From Chthonomonadales bacterium (GTDB lineage: Bacteria; Armatimonadota; Chthonomonadetes; Chthonomonadales; CAJBBX01), in NCBI GenBank assembly GCA_049967475.1, contig JBMFSQ010000025.1, positions 1 through 48,848 of the forward strand: DNA of 48,848 nt. Direction: 5' to 3'. Positions 18,978-29,123 of this stretch are shown here, piece by piece; within the stretch, counting starts at the first letter, position 1; each line of letters begins with the position of its first letter. The position numbers and the translations under genes were made by a program. Under the pieces are notes generated by a model. The model ran no database searches. It was given only the letters and a program-made list of their open reading frames with translations, and was not told the DNA's origin.

Positions 18978-19616
18978 ATGATGCACAAAGCAAATGGCAT
19001 TACGCGTCAGCAGATCCTTTCCGCCATCAAGCTCAACGGTTCCATGACGGCGGACGGTCTGGGCAAGGCATTGGGCATCTCGCCTGTCGCGGTGCGGCAG
19101 CACCTGGCTGGGCTGGAGGCAGAGGGCATTATCTACACCACAGTGGAACGCAAAGGGCTGGGCAGGCCGGTGCACCGCTATTCCATCACGGCTGCCGGGG
19201 ATGAGACCTTTCCCCGCAACTATGAGGGGTTGGCGAATACCCTGCTCGAGGAGCTGCGCAATACCTTGGGCGAGGAAGTGGTGGACAATCTCTTCGCCCG
19301 GCGCCGCGAGCGCATGAAGGCGGCCATGCAGATCCGCCTGGAGGGCAAGCCTCTTCCCCAAAAAGTAGCAGAGCTTGCCAAGATCCAAGCGGAAAGCGGA
19401 TACATGGCCGAGACCGAACAGATTAACGGCGGGTTCCGCTTCATCGAGCACAACTGTGCCATCTGCCAGGTAGCCCGCAGCTATCCGAACGCCTGCCAGC
19501 ACGAACTGATCCTGCTGAAGGAACTGTTCGAGCCGGAAGCCGACGTAGAGCGCGAAACGCATATCGCCTCGGGCGGATACGCGTGCACCTACCGCATCAC
19601 CCCGCGCGCTCAATAA
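18978..19616 (+). CDS. SufR-like winged-HTH transcriptional regulator with Fe-S-binding Cys motif
   Basis: HTH (LGISPVAVRQHL..LE..G, GRP..Y..T, FPRNY) and C-terminal EHNCAICQVA...AC..EL...CTY (C-x12-C plus a terminal Cys). Confidence 0.85.
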   Translation: MMHKANGITRQQILSAIKLNGSMTADGLGKALGISPVAVRQHLAGLEAEGIIYTTVERKGLGRPVHRYSITAAGDETFPRNYEGLANTLLEELRNTLGEEVVDNLFARRRERMKAAMQIRLEGKPLPQKVAELAKIQAESGYMAETEQINGGFRFIEHNCAICQVARSYPNACQHELILLKELFEPEADVERETHIASGGYACTYRITPRAQ

Positions 19617-19620
19617 CAGG

Positions 19621-19640
19621 AGCCGGGGATGCGGCTTTTA
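19621..19640 (+). terminator. Possible weak intrinsic terminator between convergent genes
   Basis: AGCCG-gggatg-CGGCT followed by a short T run. Confidence 0.3.
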
Positions 19641-19644
19641 CCCG

Positions 19645-20400
19645 CTACATAGGGGTTTGGGTACGCCAGGCCTTGGCTGCGGCTACGAAGCCTTCGAATA
19701 GGCTTCGGGCTTCGCGCTGCGTGTCCGCGAGGTCTTCAGGGTGATATTGTACGCCCACCACAAAGGGAGATGCGGGAGCCTCCACACCTTCGATGACACC
19801 GTCTTCAGCCCAGGCGACGGCTTGGAGCCCGGGGGCCAATCGCCGGATCGCTTGGTGGTGAAACGAATTGACCTGAAGCGTTGAAGTCCCAGACAGTTGG
19901 GCCAAACGCGAATCGGTACGGATGCGGATGGCGTGGGAGCAAACGCATCGTTCCTGGGCCTGGCGATGGGCGATGGCGGAGGGCTTTTGGCTGGGAAGGT
20001 CCTGATAGAGGCTCCCGCCCAAGGCAACGTTGAGAGCCTGGATGCCCCGGCAGATGGCTAGGATGGGCATTCGGCGCGCCCAAGCGTCCCGAATGAGGGG
20101 CAATTCCGCCCGGTCCCGCACACCATCCGTCTTTACAGTGCCGTTGAGGACCTCCTCGCCGTAGAGGGCAGGATCCACATCCGCTCCGCCGGTGAGAAGC
20201 ACGCCATCCAGCCGATCCAGCCATGCGGCGCGGAGTTCCGCTTCATCCAGATTAGGGAGAAGGATAGGGGCGGCGCCGGCAGCCGTGAGGGCTCTGAGAT
20301 AGGAGATCCTCACACTGCACGCCGCCCCGTCTTCGCTTGTGGCGGCCGTCACGCCGATGAAGGCCATGCCCCGGCCGCCGCATGCAGCGCTGCGCGTCAT
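19645..20400 (-). CDS. Peptidase C26 / gamma-glutamyl-GABA hydrolase (PuuD-like glutamine amidotransferase)
   Basis: LDGVLLTGGADVDPALYG, ICRGIQ, VNSFHHQA, GVQYHPE. Start 20400 or 20367. Confidence 0.93.
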   Translation of the reverse strand: MTRSAACGGRGMAFIGVTAATSEDGAACSVRISYLRALTAAGAAPILLPNLDEAELRAAWLDRLDGVLLTGGADVDPALYGEEVLNGTVKTDGVRDRAELPLIRDAWARRMPILAICRGIQALNVALGGSLYQDLPSQKPSAIAHRQAQERCVCSHAIRIRTDSRLAQLSGTSTLQVNSFHHQAIRRLAPGLQAVAWAEDGVIEGVEAPASPFVVGVQYHPEDLADTQREARSLFEGFVAAAKAWRTQTPM

Positions 20401-20411
20401 AGAGGACGCCC

Positions 20412-21542
20412 CTAATCGCGCATGGCTTCCGGATCGCCGTGGAGCGGAGGCAGCGGATGGGGGCGCACTAAGGCACCGCCCTGCTCATACGACTCGATCA
20501 CTGCCCACGTGTACTCCAGGGCTGCGAGGGCGTCACGCCCCGAGGCACGCAGCCCTTCCAAAGGAACGCCGTTGGACACGTCTTCGAGGAAGGCGTGGAT
20601 GCGCCGCGGGAATGTCTGGCCGAAATCGGTAATCCCCGACGTCGTCACCACGGGACCTTCGGGGCCTCCACCCGCCATCTTTTCTGGGCTGCCGGCCTTG
20701 GCGGGACTGGGCGCCGGCCAAAACGTAACCTTCTCGATGCAGTTCTCGATGCAAAAAGTCCCCTTCGTGCCCGCAACTTCCAGGCTCCACCAGCCGCCGA
20801 GGCCATACGTTGCATCCCCGCGCTGGCTCAGGAGGTATCCCACGCAGTCATTGGCGAAGCGCACATGGACGGACACGGTGGAGAGCATCACGTCGTTGAC
20901 GCGCCGGCGGAAGCCCGGACGGTTGACGAACGCCTGTACATGGGTTATATCCCCGCAAAAGTAGCGCATCACGCTGAAGGGGTGAGAAAGAAACGCTTTG
21001 AAGTGCGCGTAGGGGAAGCCCCACCATCGGGCGTTCTTGTTGGGGCCGTAGGCTTCCTCGCCTGAGGAAAAGCCCATCTTGTGGAGGCAATAGACCAACT
21101 CGCCGATCTGACCTTCATCCATATACTGGCGGGCACGCTCGGCCGGCGGCGTAAAGTAGTGGTTGAGATTGCATCCCAAGTACACGCGCTTTTCGGCGGC
21201 CTTAGCCACCATCTGCCGGGCTTCATCTACGTCGTTGGAGAGGGGTTTCTCCACCAGGACGTGCTTGCCCGCCTCCATGGCTTCCATCGCGGGTTCGTAA
21301 TGCCACGAGCCGTTCTCGTATCCGCCTGTGCACACGTCTACGATATCGAGTTCGGGCTCGCTCTTGAGCATCTCCGAGAGGCTGTAATAGGCTCGAACGC
21401 CGTACTTGCCGGCGGCCGCATCGGCACGGTCACGCACGACGTCGCACACGGCTGCCAGTTCCGCCAAAGGATCTTGGGAATAGGCTGCTGCGTGCGCCAT
21501 CCCAATCCCCCGCATTCCCACAATTCCTACCTTGAGTGCCAT
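20412..21542 (-). CDS. Gfo/Idh/MocA family oxidoreductase
   Basis: KVGIVGMRGIG Rossmann motif and AGKHVLVEKP. Confidence 0.93.
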   Translation of the reverse strand: MALKVGIVGMRGIGMAHAAAYSQDPLAELAAVCDVVRDRADAAAGKYGVRAYYSLSEMLKSEPELDIVDVCTGGYENGSWHYEPAMEAMEAGKHVLVEKPLSNDVDEARQMVAKAAEKRVYLGCNLNHYFTPPAERARQYMDEGQIGELVYCLHKMGFSSGEEAYGPNKNARWWGFPYAHFKAFLSHPFSVMRYFCGDITHVQAFVNRPGFRRRVNDVMLSTVSVHVRFANDCVGYLLSQRGDATYGLGGWWSLEVAGTKGTFCIENCIEKVTFWPAPSPAKAGSPEKMAGGGPEGPVVTTSGITDFGQTFPRRIHAFLEDVSNGVPLEGLRASGRDALAALEYTWAVIESYEQGGALVRPHPLPPLHGDPEAMRD

Positions 21543-21654
21543 GGCAACTTCCTTTCCACGATAGGGTCACGCCCCGGGTTGCACGCGCGTTTGGTGCACC
21601 CGCTCCGCCAGGCTATGCTTGTGCGCTCGATGGGCAAATTCCTGCCGGGCGGCG

Positions 21655-22629
21655 CTATGCCTCCAGCCAGAAACCGATGGACCGAAGCCGCTCCATTCGA
21701 GCGGATACCAGTTCATCCTGGTTGAGTTGCCTCAATGCGCCCAGGTGTCGAACAAGGGCCTCTTTCAACGTCGAGGCGGCGCCAGGCGGATCCCGGTGGG
21801 CACCGCCTACGGGTTCAGGAAGGACCTCGTCTATGATGCCGAGGGCCAAGGCGCCTTGGGCGGTGAGGTTCAGAGCCTTTGCTGCGTCGGGCGCTCTCTC
21901 GCGATCCCGCCACAGGATGGCCGCGCAGCCCTCCGGAGGAATGACGGAATAGACCGAATGTTCGAGCATGAGGACGCGATCCCCCACTGCCATACCCAGG
22001 GCTCCGCCGCTTCCACCCTCCCCGATGATCGCCACCACCACAGGTGTCTTGAGCATGGAGAACTCCTTGAGGTTGCGGGCGATGGCCTCGCTGATGCCGC
22101 GTTCTTCGGACCCAAGATCGGCGGCTGCAGCGGGAGTGTCCACCAGAGAGATGAGGGGCTTGCGGAACTTTTCGGCCAATCTTGCCAATCGGAGCGCCTT
22201 GCGAAAGCCCTCGGGCCGGGCGCTCCCGAAGTTCCGCCTTTGGCGTTCTTTGAGGTCTCGCCCCTTTTGCTGCCCAATCACAACCACGGGATCTCCGTTG
22301 AGCACGGCCAACCCCCCTACCACAGCTTCGTCGTTGCCTGCCAGCCGGTCTCCATAGAGCTCCAGGAAGTCGTCGAAGATCATGCGGATGTAGTCGAGAG
22401 AGTAGGGGCGGTCCTTGTGGCGGGCTACAAGCGTCTTTTCCCATGGGGTGAGGGCGCTGTACTGCTTGCGGAGCATCCGCTGCAGTTCCGCTTCGAGCTG
22501 GGCCACCTGGGCGTCCAGATCTATACCCTGAGCGGCTGCTTCGGCACGCTTTTCGGGCTTCTTCAGCTCTGCGATGAGGCGCTCCAGTTCCTCGAACTGC
22601 TTCTCGAAATCCAGCCCACTACCGGCCAT
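21655..22629 (-). CDS. accA: Acetyl-CoA carboxylase carboxyltransferase alpha
   Basis: ARHKDRP, PEGFRKALRL, GEGGSGGALG, YSVIPPEGCAAILW, EPVGGAHRD. Confidence 0.97.
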   Translation of the reverse strand: MAGSGLDFEKQFEELERLIAELKKPEKRAEAAAQGIDLDAQVAQLEAELQRMLRKQYSALTPWEKTLVARHKDRPYSLDYIRMIFDDFLELYGDRLAGNDEAVVGGLAVLNGDPVVVIGQQKGRDLKERQRRNFGSARPEGFRKALRLARLAEKFRKPLISLVDTPAAAADLGSEERGISEAIARNLKEFSMLKTPVVVAIIGEGGSGGALGMAVGDRVLMLEHSVYSVIPPEGCAAILWRDRERAPDAAKALNLTAQGALALGIIDEVLPEPVGGAHRDPPGAASTLKEALVRHLGALRQLNQDELVSARMERLRSIGFWLEA

Positions 22630-23467
22630 CGGCATCCTCCTGGAAGAAGGACACGAGCTTCGCAAGGACCGACCGAAGGTCTCGGCGAGGAACGACGCGG
22701 TCTACCATACCGTGTTCCAATTGAAATTCGCTGGTCTGGAAGTTCTCGGGGAGGCGCTGTCCCAAATCTTGATTGCCCACTCTGCGGCCTGCGAAGCCTA
22801 CGGTGGCGCCGGGCTCGGCAAGGATCACGTCTCCAAGGGAGGCATAGCTCGCGAAGACGCCGCCGGTTGTGGGGTCGGTAAGCACCGATATGAAGGGGAT
22901 GCGCTCCTGCTCCAGGCGAGCGATGGCGGCAGACGTTTTGGCCATCTGCATGAGTGCAACGAGGCCTTCCTGCATGCGCGCTCCACCGCTAGCCGAGAAG
23001 AGGATGAGGGGGATGCGCCTCCGGACTGCTGCCTCGGCAGCACGGGCGATCTTCTCGCCTACCACCGAGCCCATGGAGCCGCCGATAAAGCGGAAATCGG
23101 CTACTCCCAACACGACGGGCTTCCCTTCGATTGCGGCGGTTCCTGTTACGATGGCGTCCTCGAGGCCGGTAACTGCCTTCGCCTGCTCGAGCTTGGCGGC
23201 GTATCCGGGGAAGGAGAGGGGATCCTGAGCGGCCAGTCCCGCGTCCATCTCCTGGAAGGTGCCCTCGTCCACTGTGATGGCGATGCGCTCAGAAGCACCG
23301 AGGCGGTGGTGATATCCGCAAGCGGAGCACACCTTCAGATTGCGCTCGAATTCCCGAGCGAACAGAATTGCCCCGCATCGCTCGCACTTGGTGGCGATGC
23401 CGTCGGGTACGCTATCCATAGATTGTGCGCTCCGGGCGCGCCTTGCAAACCATCCGCCTCGAGGCAT
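22619..23467 (-). CDS. accD: Acetyl-CoA carboxylase carboxyltransferase beta
   Basis: Zn finger KCERC..VCSAC, GGSMGSVVGEK, SGGARMQEG, PTTGGV.AS, GFAG.RV. Confidence 0.97.
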   Translation of the reverse strand: MPRGGWFARRARSAQSMDSVPDGIATKCERCGAILFAREFERNLKVCSACGYHHRLGASERIAITVDEGTFQEMDAGLAAQDPLSFPGYAAKLEQAKAVTGLEDAIVTGTAAIEGKPVVLGVADFRFIGGSMGSVVGEKIARAAEAAVRRRIPLILFSASGGARMQEGLVALMQMAKTSAAIARLEQERIPFISVLTDPTTGGVFASYASLGDVILAEPGATVGFAGRRVGNQDLGQRLPENFQTSEFQLEHGMVDRVVPRRDLRSVLAKLVSFFQEDADGR

Positions 23468-23576
23468 GTCCTACTCCTGCAGTGCGTCCGGAAGGACTTC
23501 AGGCGCTCGAAAGCGTATTGCATGAAGCATCGTATCGGCCGCAGCGATCTTTGCGGCACAGGACACCCGTAGACCC

Positions 23577-24641
23577 ATGAACCTTCACGAACTGCGCAAA
23601 CAGATTGATGCCCTGGATGAGCAGATGCTGGATCTGCTCAACCGGCGCGCCGCACTCGCCATGGAAATCGGCCGAACCAAAAAGCGCCATGCGGCTCTGT
23701 ATTATACCCCTGAGCGCGAACAGGCAGTTCTGGACAGGCTGGTGAAGGCCAACAAAGGTCCTCTGCCGCCCCAGGCCATTCGGGCCATCTACCGCGAGAT
23801 CATCTCCGCCGCCAGGGCTCTGGAGAAGCCCCTTACCGTCGCATTTCTGGGGCCGGCAGGCACGTTTTCACACCAGGCCGCCATCAGCAAATTCGGTTCC
23901 TCTTCAGAAATGGTGGCAGCGGATACCATCGCCGATATCTTCGCTTTGGTAGAGCGCGGAGCCTGCGACTACGGCGTGGCCCCGGTGGAGAATTCCCTGG
24001 CCGGAGTGATCCCCGAAACGCTGGACACGTTCATGCAAACGAACCTGCGCATCGTCAGCGAAATCTACGAGCCCATCACCCATAACCTGGCCACGCACTG
24101 CAAGACACTCGAGGAGATCAAAGTCCTCTATTCCCATCCTCAACCCCTGGCTCAATGCCGTCAGTGGATCCGGTCTCACCTGCCTACCGCGCGCCAGGTG
24201 GAAACGGCCAGCACGGTGCGGGCGGCGGAGGCCGCGGCGAAGGAGGAAGGCGCCGCAGCGATCTGCCCGGCACTGGCTGCGGAGGCGGTCGGCATCCCGA
24301 TCCTCGTGGAGCATACGGAGGACAACCCCTCCAACCGCACGCGCTTCCTCGTCCTGGGCTACAACCAACCTGAGCCCACCGGGCGGGATAAGACCTCGCT
24401 CATGTTCTCGGTGCACAACCGTGCGGGCGAGTTATTCCGAGCCATGGCTGCCTTTGAGAAATACGACGTGAACCTCACCATGATCGAATCCCGGCCCGCC
24501 AAAGTGGCTGCCTGGGATTATGTGTTCTACATTGATGTACAAGGCCATATCCGCGATGCCAATGTTACCAAGGCCATCAACCAATTGCGCGAACATGCCC
24601 TCTTTGTGACCGTTCTGGGATCGTACCCGGCTGCCGAATGA
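23577..24641 (+). CDS. pheA: Chorismate mutase / prephenate dehydratase (P-protein)
   Basis: N-terminal LRKQIDALD..LLNRR, FLGPAGTFS, PVENS, SHPQ, NRTRF, ACT domain with IESRP, LGSYP. Confidence 0.97.
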   Translation: MNLHELRKQIDALDEQMLDLLNRRAALAMEIGRTKKRHAALYYTPEREQAVLDRLVKANKGPLPPQAIRAIYREIISAARALEKPLTVAFLGPAGTFSHQAAISKFGSSSEMVAADTIADIFALVERGACDYGVAPVENSLAGVIPETLDTFMQTNLRIVSEIYEPITHNLATHCKTLEEIKVLYSHPQPLAQCRQWIRSHLPTARQVETASTVRAAEAAAKEEGAAAICPALAAEAVGIPILVEHTEDNPSNRTRFLVLGYNQPEPTGRDKTSLMFSVHNRAGELFRAMAAFEKYDVNLTMIESRPAKVAAWDYVFYIDVQGHIRDANVTKAINQLREHALFVTVLGSYPAAE

Positions 24642-24666
24642 AATCTGTATAAAAGGATCGCCCTCT

Positions 24667-25344
24667 ATGAACACGCGTGTCGTCGTGGTGGGAGGCTGCC
24701 CTGCACCCTACCATCGCTTTGAACCAGCCATCCCTTTGCTCCGGGCCGCCCTGGAGGAGCTGGGGCTGATGCCGGAGTTCAGCGGCATATACCACCCCAA
24801 TGGAGGGGACGATTTCACCGGAGATTACGCCGCCATCAATGAAGCCAACCTCCGAGAGGCCGGGGGGTTAGTTCTCTACACCACCGGCGCCGAGGAGCAC
24901 GGCGCCGACGTAGCAGCCATAGCGCGCTTCGTGGAGCAGGGAGGCGCCCTCATCGGCATCCACAACGCTGCAGACAGCTTCACTCAGTCCCCTCAGTACG
25001 TGCGCCTGTTGGGGGGCCGCTTCCGCACGCACCCGCCCCAGCTCTCCATCACGGTTGAGTTCACGGATCCCCATCACCCGGTCACAACCGGATTGGAGCC
25101 CTTCACTGTTTACGATGAGCTGTACCTCTTCGCAGACTATGACCCTTCCCGGGTGCACCTTCTGGCCCAAACGAAGAGCTTCGATGACGGGGGACCGGTT
25201 CCTGTTTGCTGGGTGCGGCACGAGGGGAAAGGGCGCGTATTCTACCTGTCCTTAGGGCATAATCCTCAAACTCTTGCCGACAGTGCCTGGAAGCGGCTCT
25301 TCCAGCGCGGCGTGCAATGGGCCATGGGCCTCAGCGGAGGATAG
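24667..25344 (+). CDS. ThuA-like (GATase1 fold) domain protein
   Basis: FVEQGGALIGIHNAADS, LLGGRF..HP, DELY, GKGRVFYLSLGH. Confidence 0.88.
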   Translation: MNTRVVVVGGCPAPYHRFEPAIPLLRAALEELGLMPEFSGIYHPNGGDDFTGDYAAINEANLREAGGLVLYTTGAEEHGADVAAIARFVEQGGALIGIHNAADSFTQSPQYVRLLGGRFRTHPPQLSITVEFTDPHHPVTTGLEPFTVYDELYLFADYDPSRVHLLAQTKSFDDGGPVPVCWVRHEGKGRVFYLSLGHNPQTLADSAWKRLFQRGVQWAMGLSGG

Positions 25345-25912
25345 CATCCAACCCCGTCTCGCCTAACCCGATGGATTGCAGCACAACCTCCCATCGGCGC
25401 AGGTGGTCCGGTTCGATCAACTGGGGGACGAAGCCCAGGGAGAGGTACAGGCGGATGGCGGCAATCCGATGGTCGTCGGTTTCGAGGACGGCCCCCGTGC
25501 ATCCGGATCGGCGAAAGTGATTGAGCGCCGCCAGGGTCACCATGCGCCCAAGACCTCGGCCACGGTAATCCGGATGCGTCCCTACCCAGTGGAGATAGCC
25601 CAGGCCGGGATATCGGTCGGGCAGGTACCGTGCCGAGGCTGTGGCGCCGATGCTCCGGCCTCGGGCGGCGACATAGACGGCCTTGACGCTGGCTTCCCCG
25701 GTGAGGCGGGCGTGCACAGTTTCAGGCGTCCATTCCTCGTCTTCGAAAGCAGCGGCGAGCACTCTCGCGAGTTCGCCTTCGTCTGAGGGCGCGGCGCGGC
25801 GAAGGCGGAACCCTCCGGCAAACCTTGGCGCGCGAGGCAGACGCTCCAGGTGGTCGAGCCGCATAAAGAGCTGCCGAACATTCTCCGTTGCACTGGAATG
25901 CGATGCGCTCAA
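25331..25912 (-). CDS. GNAT family N-acetyltransferase
   Basis: Motif A WVGTHPDYRGRGLG and AAIRLYLSLGF. The start overlaps the phoU stop. Confidence 0.88.
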   Translation of the reverse strand: MSASHSSATENVRQLFMRLDHLERLPRAPRFAGGFRLRRAAPSDEGELARVLAAAFEDEEWTPETVHARLTGEASVKAVYVAARGRSIGATASARYLPDRYPGLGYLHWVGTHPDYRGRGLGRMVTLAALNHFRRSGCTGAVLETDDHRIAAIRLYLSLGFVPQLIEPDHLRRWEVVLQSIGLGETGLDAILR

Positions 25913-26586
25913 CTTTGACTCTTATGGGTGCGCGCAAGCTGCTCCAGCTTACCCGTTTCCACGTAGTACACGCGCTCGGCGATATTGACGATATGATCCG
26001 CCACGCGTTCCAAATAGTAGGCCACAAAGAGGAGGTATGAAGCCTGTACAACGAGTTTGGCGTCCCGGCTCATGGCGGCGTGGAGTTCGTCTCGGAGTTT
26101 GTGGAACAGGTCGTCAATCTCGTCATCGGCGGCGACGACACTCCGCACCAGGTCCAGATCGTGGGTTACGAAGGCGGTGAGGGCATCGCGAAGCATGCCG
26201 CGCACACGTTCGGCCATGTAAGGGATATCTGCAAGGGGCTTAAAGAACGTGTCCCGGGCCAGTTTTCGAGCCACTTTAGCGATATCTACGGCATGATCGC
26301 CGATGCGCTCAATGTCCGAGATCACCTTCAGCGCAGTCCCTACCAGCCGCAAATCGCGCGCAACCGGCTGCTGGAGGGCGATGATGCGCATGGCCTCCAT
26401 CTCGATTTGAATATCCAGATCGTCTATAGCGTCATCGCCGGCGATCACCTGCTCGGCAAGCTCCACGCTCTGCTGCGTTAGGGCCTGCAAGGCAAGGTCC
26501 AGCATGCGATCGGCTTCGCTTCCCATGCGCAGCACCTGGTCACCCAGGCGCCTCAGTTCTTCCTCAAACTGGACCCGTGTCATCAT
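25909..26586 (-). CDS. phoU: Phosphate signalling protein PhoU
   Basis: QQPVARDLR, DIERIGDHA, DDEID, LERVADH..NIAE. Confidence 0.97.
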   Translation of the reverse strand: MMTRVQFEEELRRLGDQVLRMGSEADRMLDLALQALTQQSVELAEQVIAGDDAIDDLDIQIEMEAMRIIALQQPVARDLRLVGTALKVISDIERIGDHAVDIAKVARKLARDTFFKPLADIPYMAERVRGMLRDALTAFVTHDLDLVRSVVAADDEIDDLFHKLRDELHAAMSRDAKLVVQASYLLFVAYYLERVADHIVNIAERVYYVETGKLEQLARTHKSQS

Positions 26587-26754
26587 GGCGGCGGCACCTC
26601 TCTGTGATGCCCGGAATGGGCAGAAACGAGGAGCGGTTCGGGCGGGTACCCATCACTCCCCAGGTGCAGGGGCCGGGCTCCGGCGGCGATAGGCGCTTTG
26701 GGCTTCCGGGCCAGCGCAGCACGCTTCCCTCGCTCCAGCCCCAGACACATATGC

Positions 26755-26810
26755 AGTATACTCTGCGCGCGTGATGCGGCTGTTAAGGTCTTTTGATGTT
26801 CTTATTTAGG
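26755..26810 (-). promoter_or_regulatory. Putative Pho-box promoter upstream of phoU
   Basis: Minus strand CCTTAACAGCC-GCATCACGCGC-GCAGAG-TATACT, with the same geometry as the promoter at 35394-35447. Confidence 0.55.
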
Positions 26811-27878
26811 GCTTTTTTTGATGAGCGCCAAATTGGCGTCGGCAAGTTCCTTAGGAAGAGGTGCATACTGGAGCTCTTCCGCCATCCTCTGGCCGGGCCC
26901 CAGGGTCCATTCCACAAACCTGGCCAGGGCATCCCATTTGGCCCTATCGGCGAGGGATTGGGGAATGACGAGGTAACTGAAGCCTGCGATGGGGTAGCAT
27001 CCGGGCCCGGCGCCATTCACGATGGGGGCCCTTGCGTTGGCTTTGAGTACGGCAAGAGCAGCTTCCGCAGCCGCGGTGGTGGAACGTGTAGATGGGGCGA
27101 CGTAGGCTCCGCTGGCGTTCTTGACCAATGCGGTGGGCAGGTGGTTCTGGACGGCGTAAGCCAGCTCCACATAGCCGATGGCGCCCCGGTTATGCTGCAC
27201 GTTGCCTGCCACTCCGGCATTCTGATTGCCGCCCAGTCCCAAGGGCCAGTTGACGGATTTATCGGCGCCTACGCGCGCTTTCCATTCGGGGCTTACGGCC
27301 GAAAGGTACGTGGTGAAGATGTACGTGGTGCCCGATCCGTCGGCGCGATGCACCGGTACGATGTCCAGGGACGGCAAGACAGTCCCAGGGTTCTGAGCGG
27401 CGATGCGTGCATCGTTCCATTTGGTGATTTTGCCCAGGTAGATATCGGCGATGACGTCTCCGGACAGGCGCAGCCCGGGCCCGATCCCGGGGACGTTGTA
27501 GACGATGGCCTCAGCTCCCACAATGATGGGCATGAGGTGCGAAGGCCTGGGCAGATGGGCCAGTTCCGCATCGGATAGGGGTACATCGGTGGCGGCGAAG
27601 TCCACGGTTCCGGCGGTGTATTGGGCGATCCCTGCGCCCGATCCCACGGCCTGGTAATTGAACACCACTGCAGGGTAGCTTCGGCCGTATTCCTGGAACC
27701 ATTTGGAGAGGATGGGATAAATAAAGGTAGATCCTGCGCCGGTGAGTGTAATGGTACCCTTCGCGCCTCCGGGCGTTCCCGCGCCGCCGGGCCCGGCGGA
27801 TTTGCCGCACCCAACCTCCATGAGCATCATCATCGCGAAGACCCCCAGGGCGAGCGGGCGGAGGTTCATCGGCTTCAT
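26802..27878 (-). CDS. pstS: Phosphate ABC transporter substrate-binding protein, lipoprotein-type paralog
   Basis: GAGSTF, YQAVGSGAGI, HRADGSGTT, IGYVELAYA, YPIAGF. Lipobox-like EVGC plus Gly-rich linker. Confidence 0.95.
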   Translation of the reverse strand: MKPMNLRPLALGVFAMMMLMEVGCGKSAGPGGAGTPGGAKGTITLTGAGSTFIYPILSKWFQEYGRSYPAVVFNYQAVGSGAGIAQYTAGTVDFAATDVPLSDAELAHLPRPSHLMPIIVGAEAIVYNVPGIGPGLRLSGDVIADIYLGKITKWNDARIAAQNPGTVLPSLDIVPVHRADGSGTTYIFTTYLSAVSPEWKARVGADKSVNWPLGLGGNQNAGVAGNVQHNRGAIGYVELAYAVQNHLPTALVKNASGAYVAPSTRSTTAAAEAALAVLKANARAPIVNGAGPGCYPIAGFSYLVIPQSLADRAKWDALARFVEWTLGPGQRMAEELQYAPLPKELADANLALIKKSPK

Positions 27879-29119
27879 GGGGATTTCTCCTTATCGTTTG
27901 TTTGCGGGCGCACTCCTTGTTGCAGCGATGCCTCGGTGAGATCTTCATCGCTTGCGGCCGGCAGGGCGAAGCCAAATTCCGATCCACGATTGTATTCGCT
28001 GCGAACCCACACGCGTCCTCCGTGGGCTTCCACTATGTGCTTTACAATGGCAAGCCCAAGGCCGGTGCCTCCGGTTTGCCGGGACCGCGCCGGGTCAACT
28101 CGGTAGAACCGCTCGAACACGCGGGGCTGGTCCTGCTGCATGATGCCGATGCCGGTGTCCCGTACCGACACCTGGACCTCGCCGCCCTCCTCATGGCCGA
28201 GCACCTCTACTTTACCGCCGGGCGACGTGTACTTGACGGCGTTATCCAAAAGGTTCCCCAACACCTGCTCCATCTGGTCTGTGGCTGCGTGGACCATTAG
28301 AGGCGGGGAAACGGCGGCGTTCAGCGCGAGAGATCGTTCCGCGGCCAGCCGGCGGAAGCGGCTGCAGACACGGTGGATCACTTCAGAAAGGTCAATCAGC
28401 GCCTTGGCCGGTGGCTGCGTTTCCGCCTTGGAAAGGATCAGCAGATCCTGGGAGATGCGATCGAGCCGTTCCGCTTCGGAGATGATGGTGTCTAGAAATC
28501 GTGAAGCCACGTTGGGATCTTCCATGGCGCCGCTGTGGAGCGTCTCGGCCATGGCGCGGATCGAGGCGAGGGGCGTGCGCAGCTCGTGGGACACGTTGGC
28601 CACGAAGTCCCGCCGCACTGCTTCGAGCTGGCGCTGCTCTGTAATCTCCTCGATAAGCGCCAGCACGCGGCCTGCGCGTGAAGGAAGTTCCACAGGGAAC
28701 ACGTCTACCCTCAGGATGCGGCGGGGCGTGCCGGGCAGGGTCACTTCCACACTCTTGGAGGAGGTGCGCCCGGTGTCCATGAGTTCCAGCGAGGCGGGTG
28801 CCAACAGAACTTCCGGAAGGGTAAGTCCCTCGAGCTTGCCGTGGGAGCCCAAAAGCAGCGCACACGCAGCGCGATTGGCTCTTTGCACTCGCCCATCGCT
28901 TCCCAAGATCAGCACTCCGATGCGCGAGGCTTCCAGGAGGGCCGTATATTCCGCGGCGTCGTCGCCTGCGTGCTCGCGGACGTCCTCCAGTTGAGCACGG
29001 CAGGCGCTCAATTCCTCCTTCGCCTGGAGTAATCGCTTTGCCGCGCTCCGCCAAAGATGCCCGAGTAGGGCGGCGCCCAGGGTGAGGAGGATCAGTATGA
29101 CGGCGATACCGCTCCCCAT
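27875..29119 (-). CDS. phoR: Phosphate regulon sensor histidine kinase
   Basis: Single TM, PAS-like region, RRDFVANVSHELRTPL, NLLDNAVKY, VFERFYRVD.ARSR.TGGTGLGLAI. Confidence 0.92.
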   Translation of the reverse strand: MGSGIAVILILLTLGAALLGHLWRSAAKRLLQAKEELSACRAQLEDVREHAGDDAAEYTALLEASRIGVLILGSDGRVQRANRAACALLLGSHGKLEGLTLPEVLLAPASLELMDTGRTSSKSVEVTLPGTPRRILRVDVFPVELPSRAGRVLALIEEITEQRQLEAVRRDFVANVSHELRTPLASIRAMAETLHSGAMEDPNVASRFLDTIISEAERLDRISQDLLILSKAETQPPAKALIDLSEVIHRVCSRFRRLAAERSLALNAAVSPPLMVHAATDQMEQVLGNLLDNAVKYTSPGGKVEVLGHEEGGEVQVSVRDTGIGIMQQDQPRVFERFYRVDPARSRQTGGTGLGLAIVKHIVEAHGGRVWVRSEYNRGSEFGFALPAASDEDLTEASLQQGVRPQTNDKEKSP

Positions 29120-29123
29120 GGCG

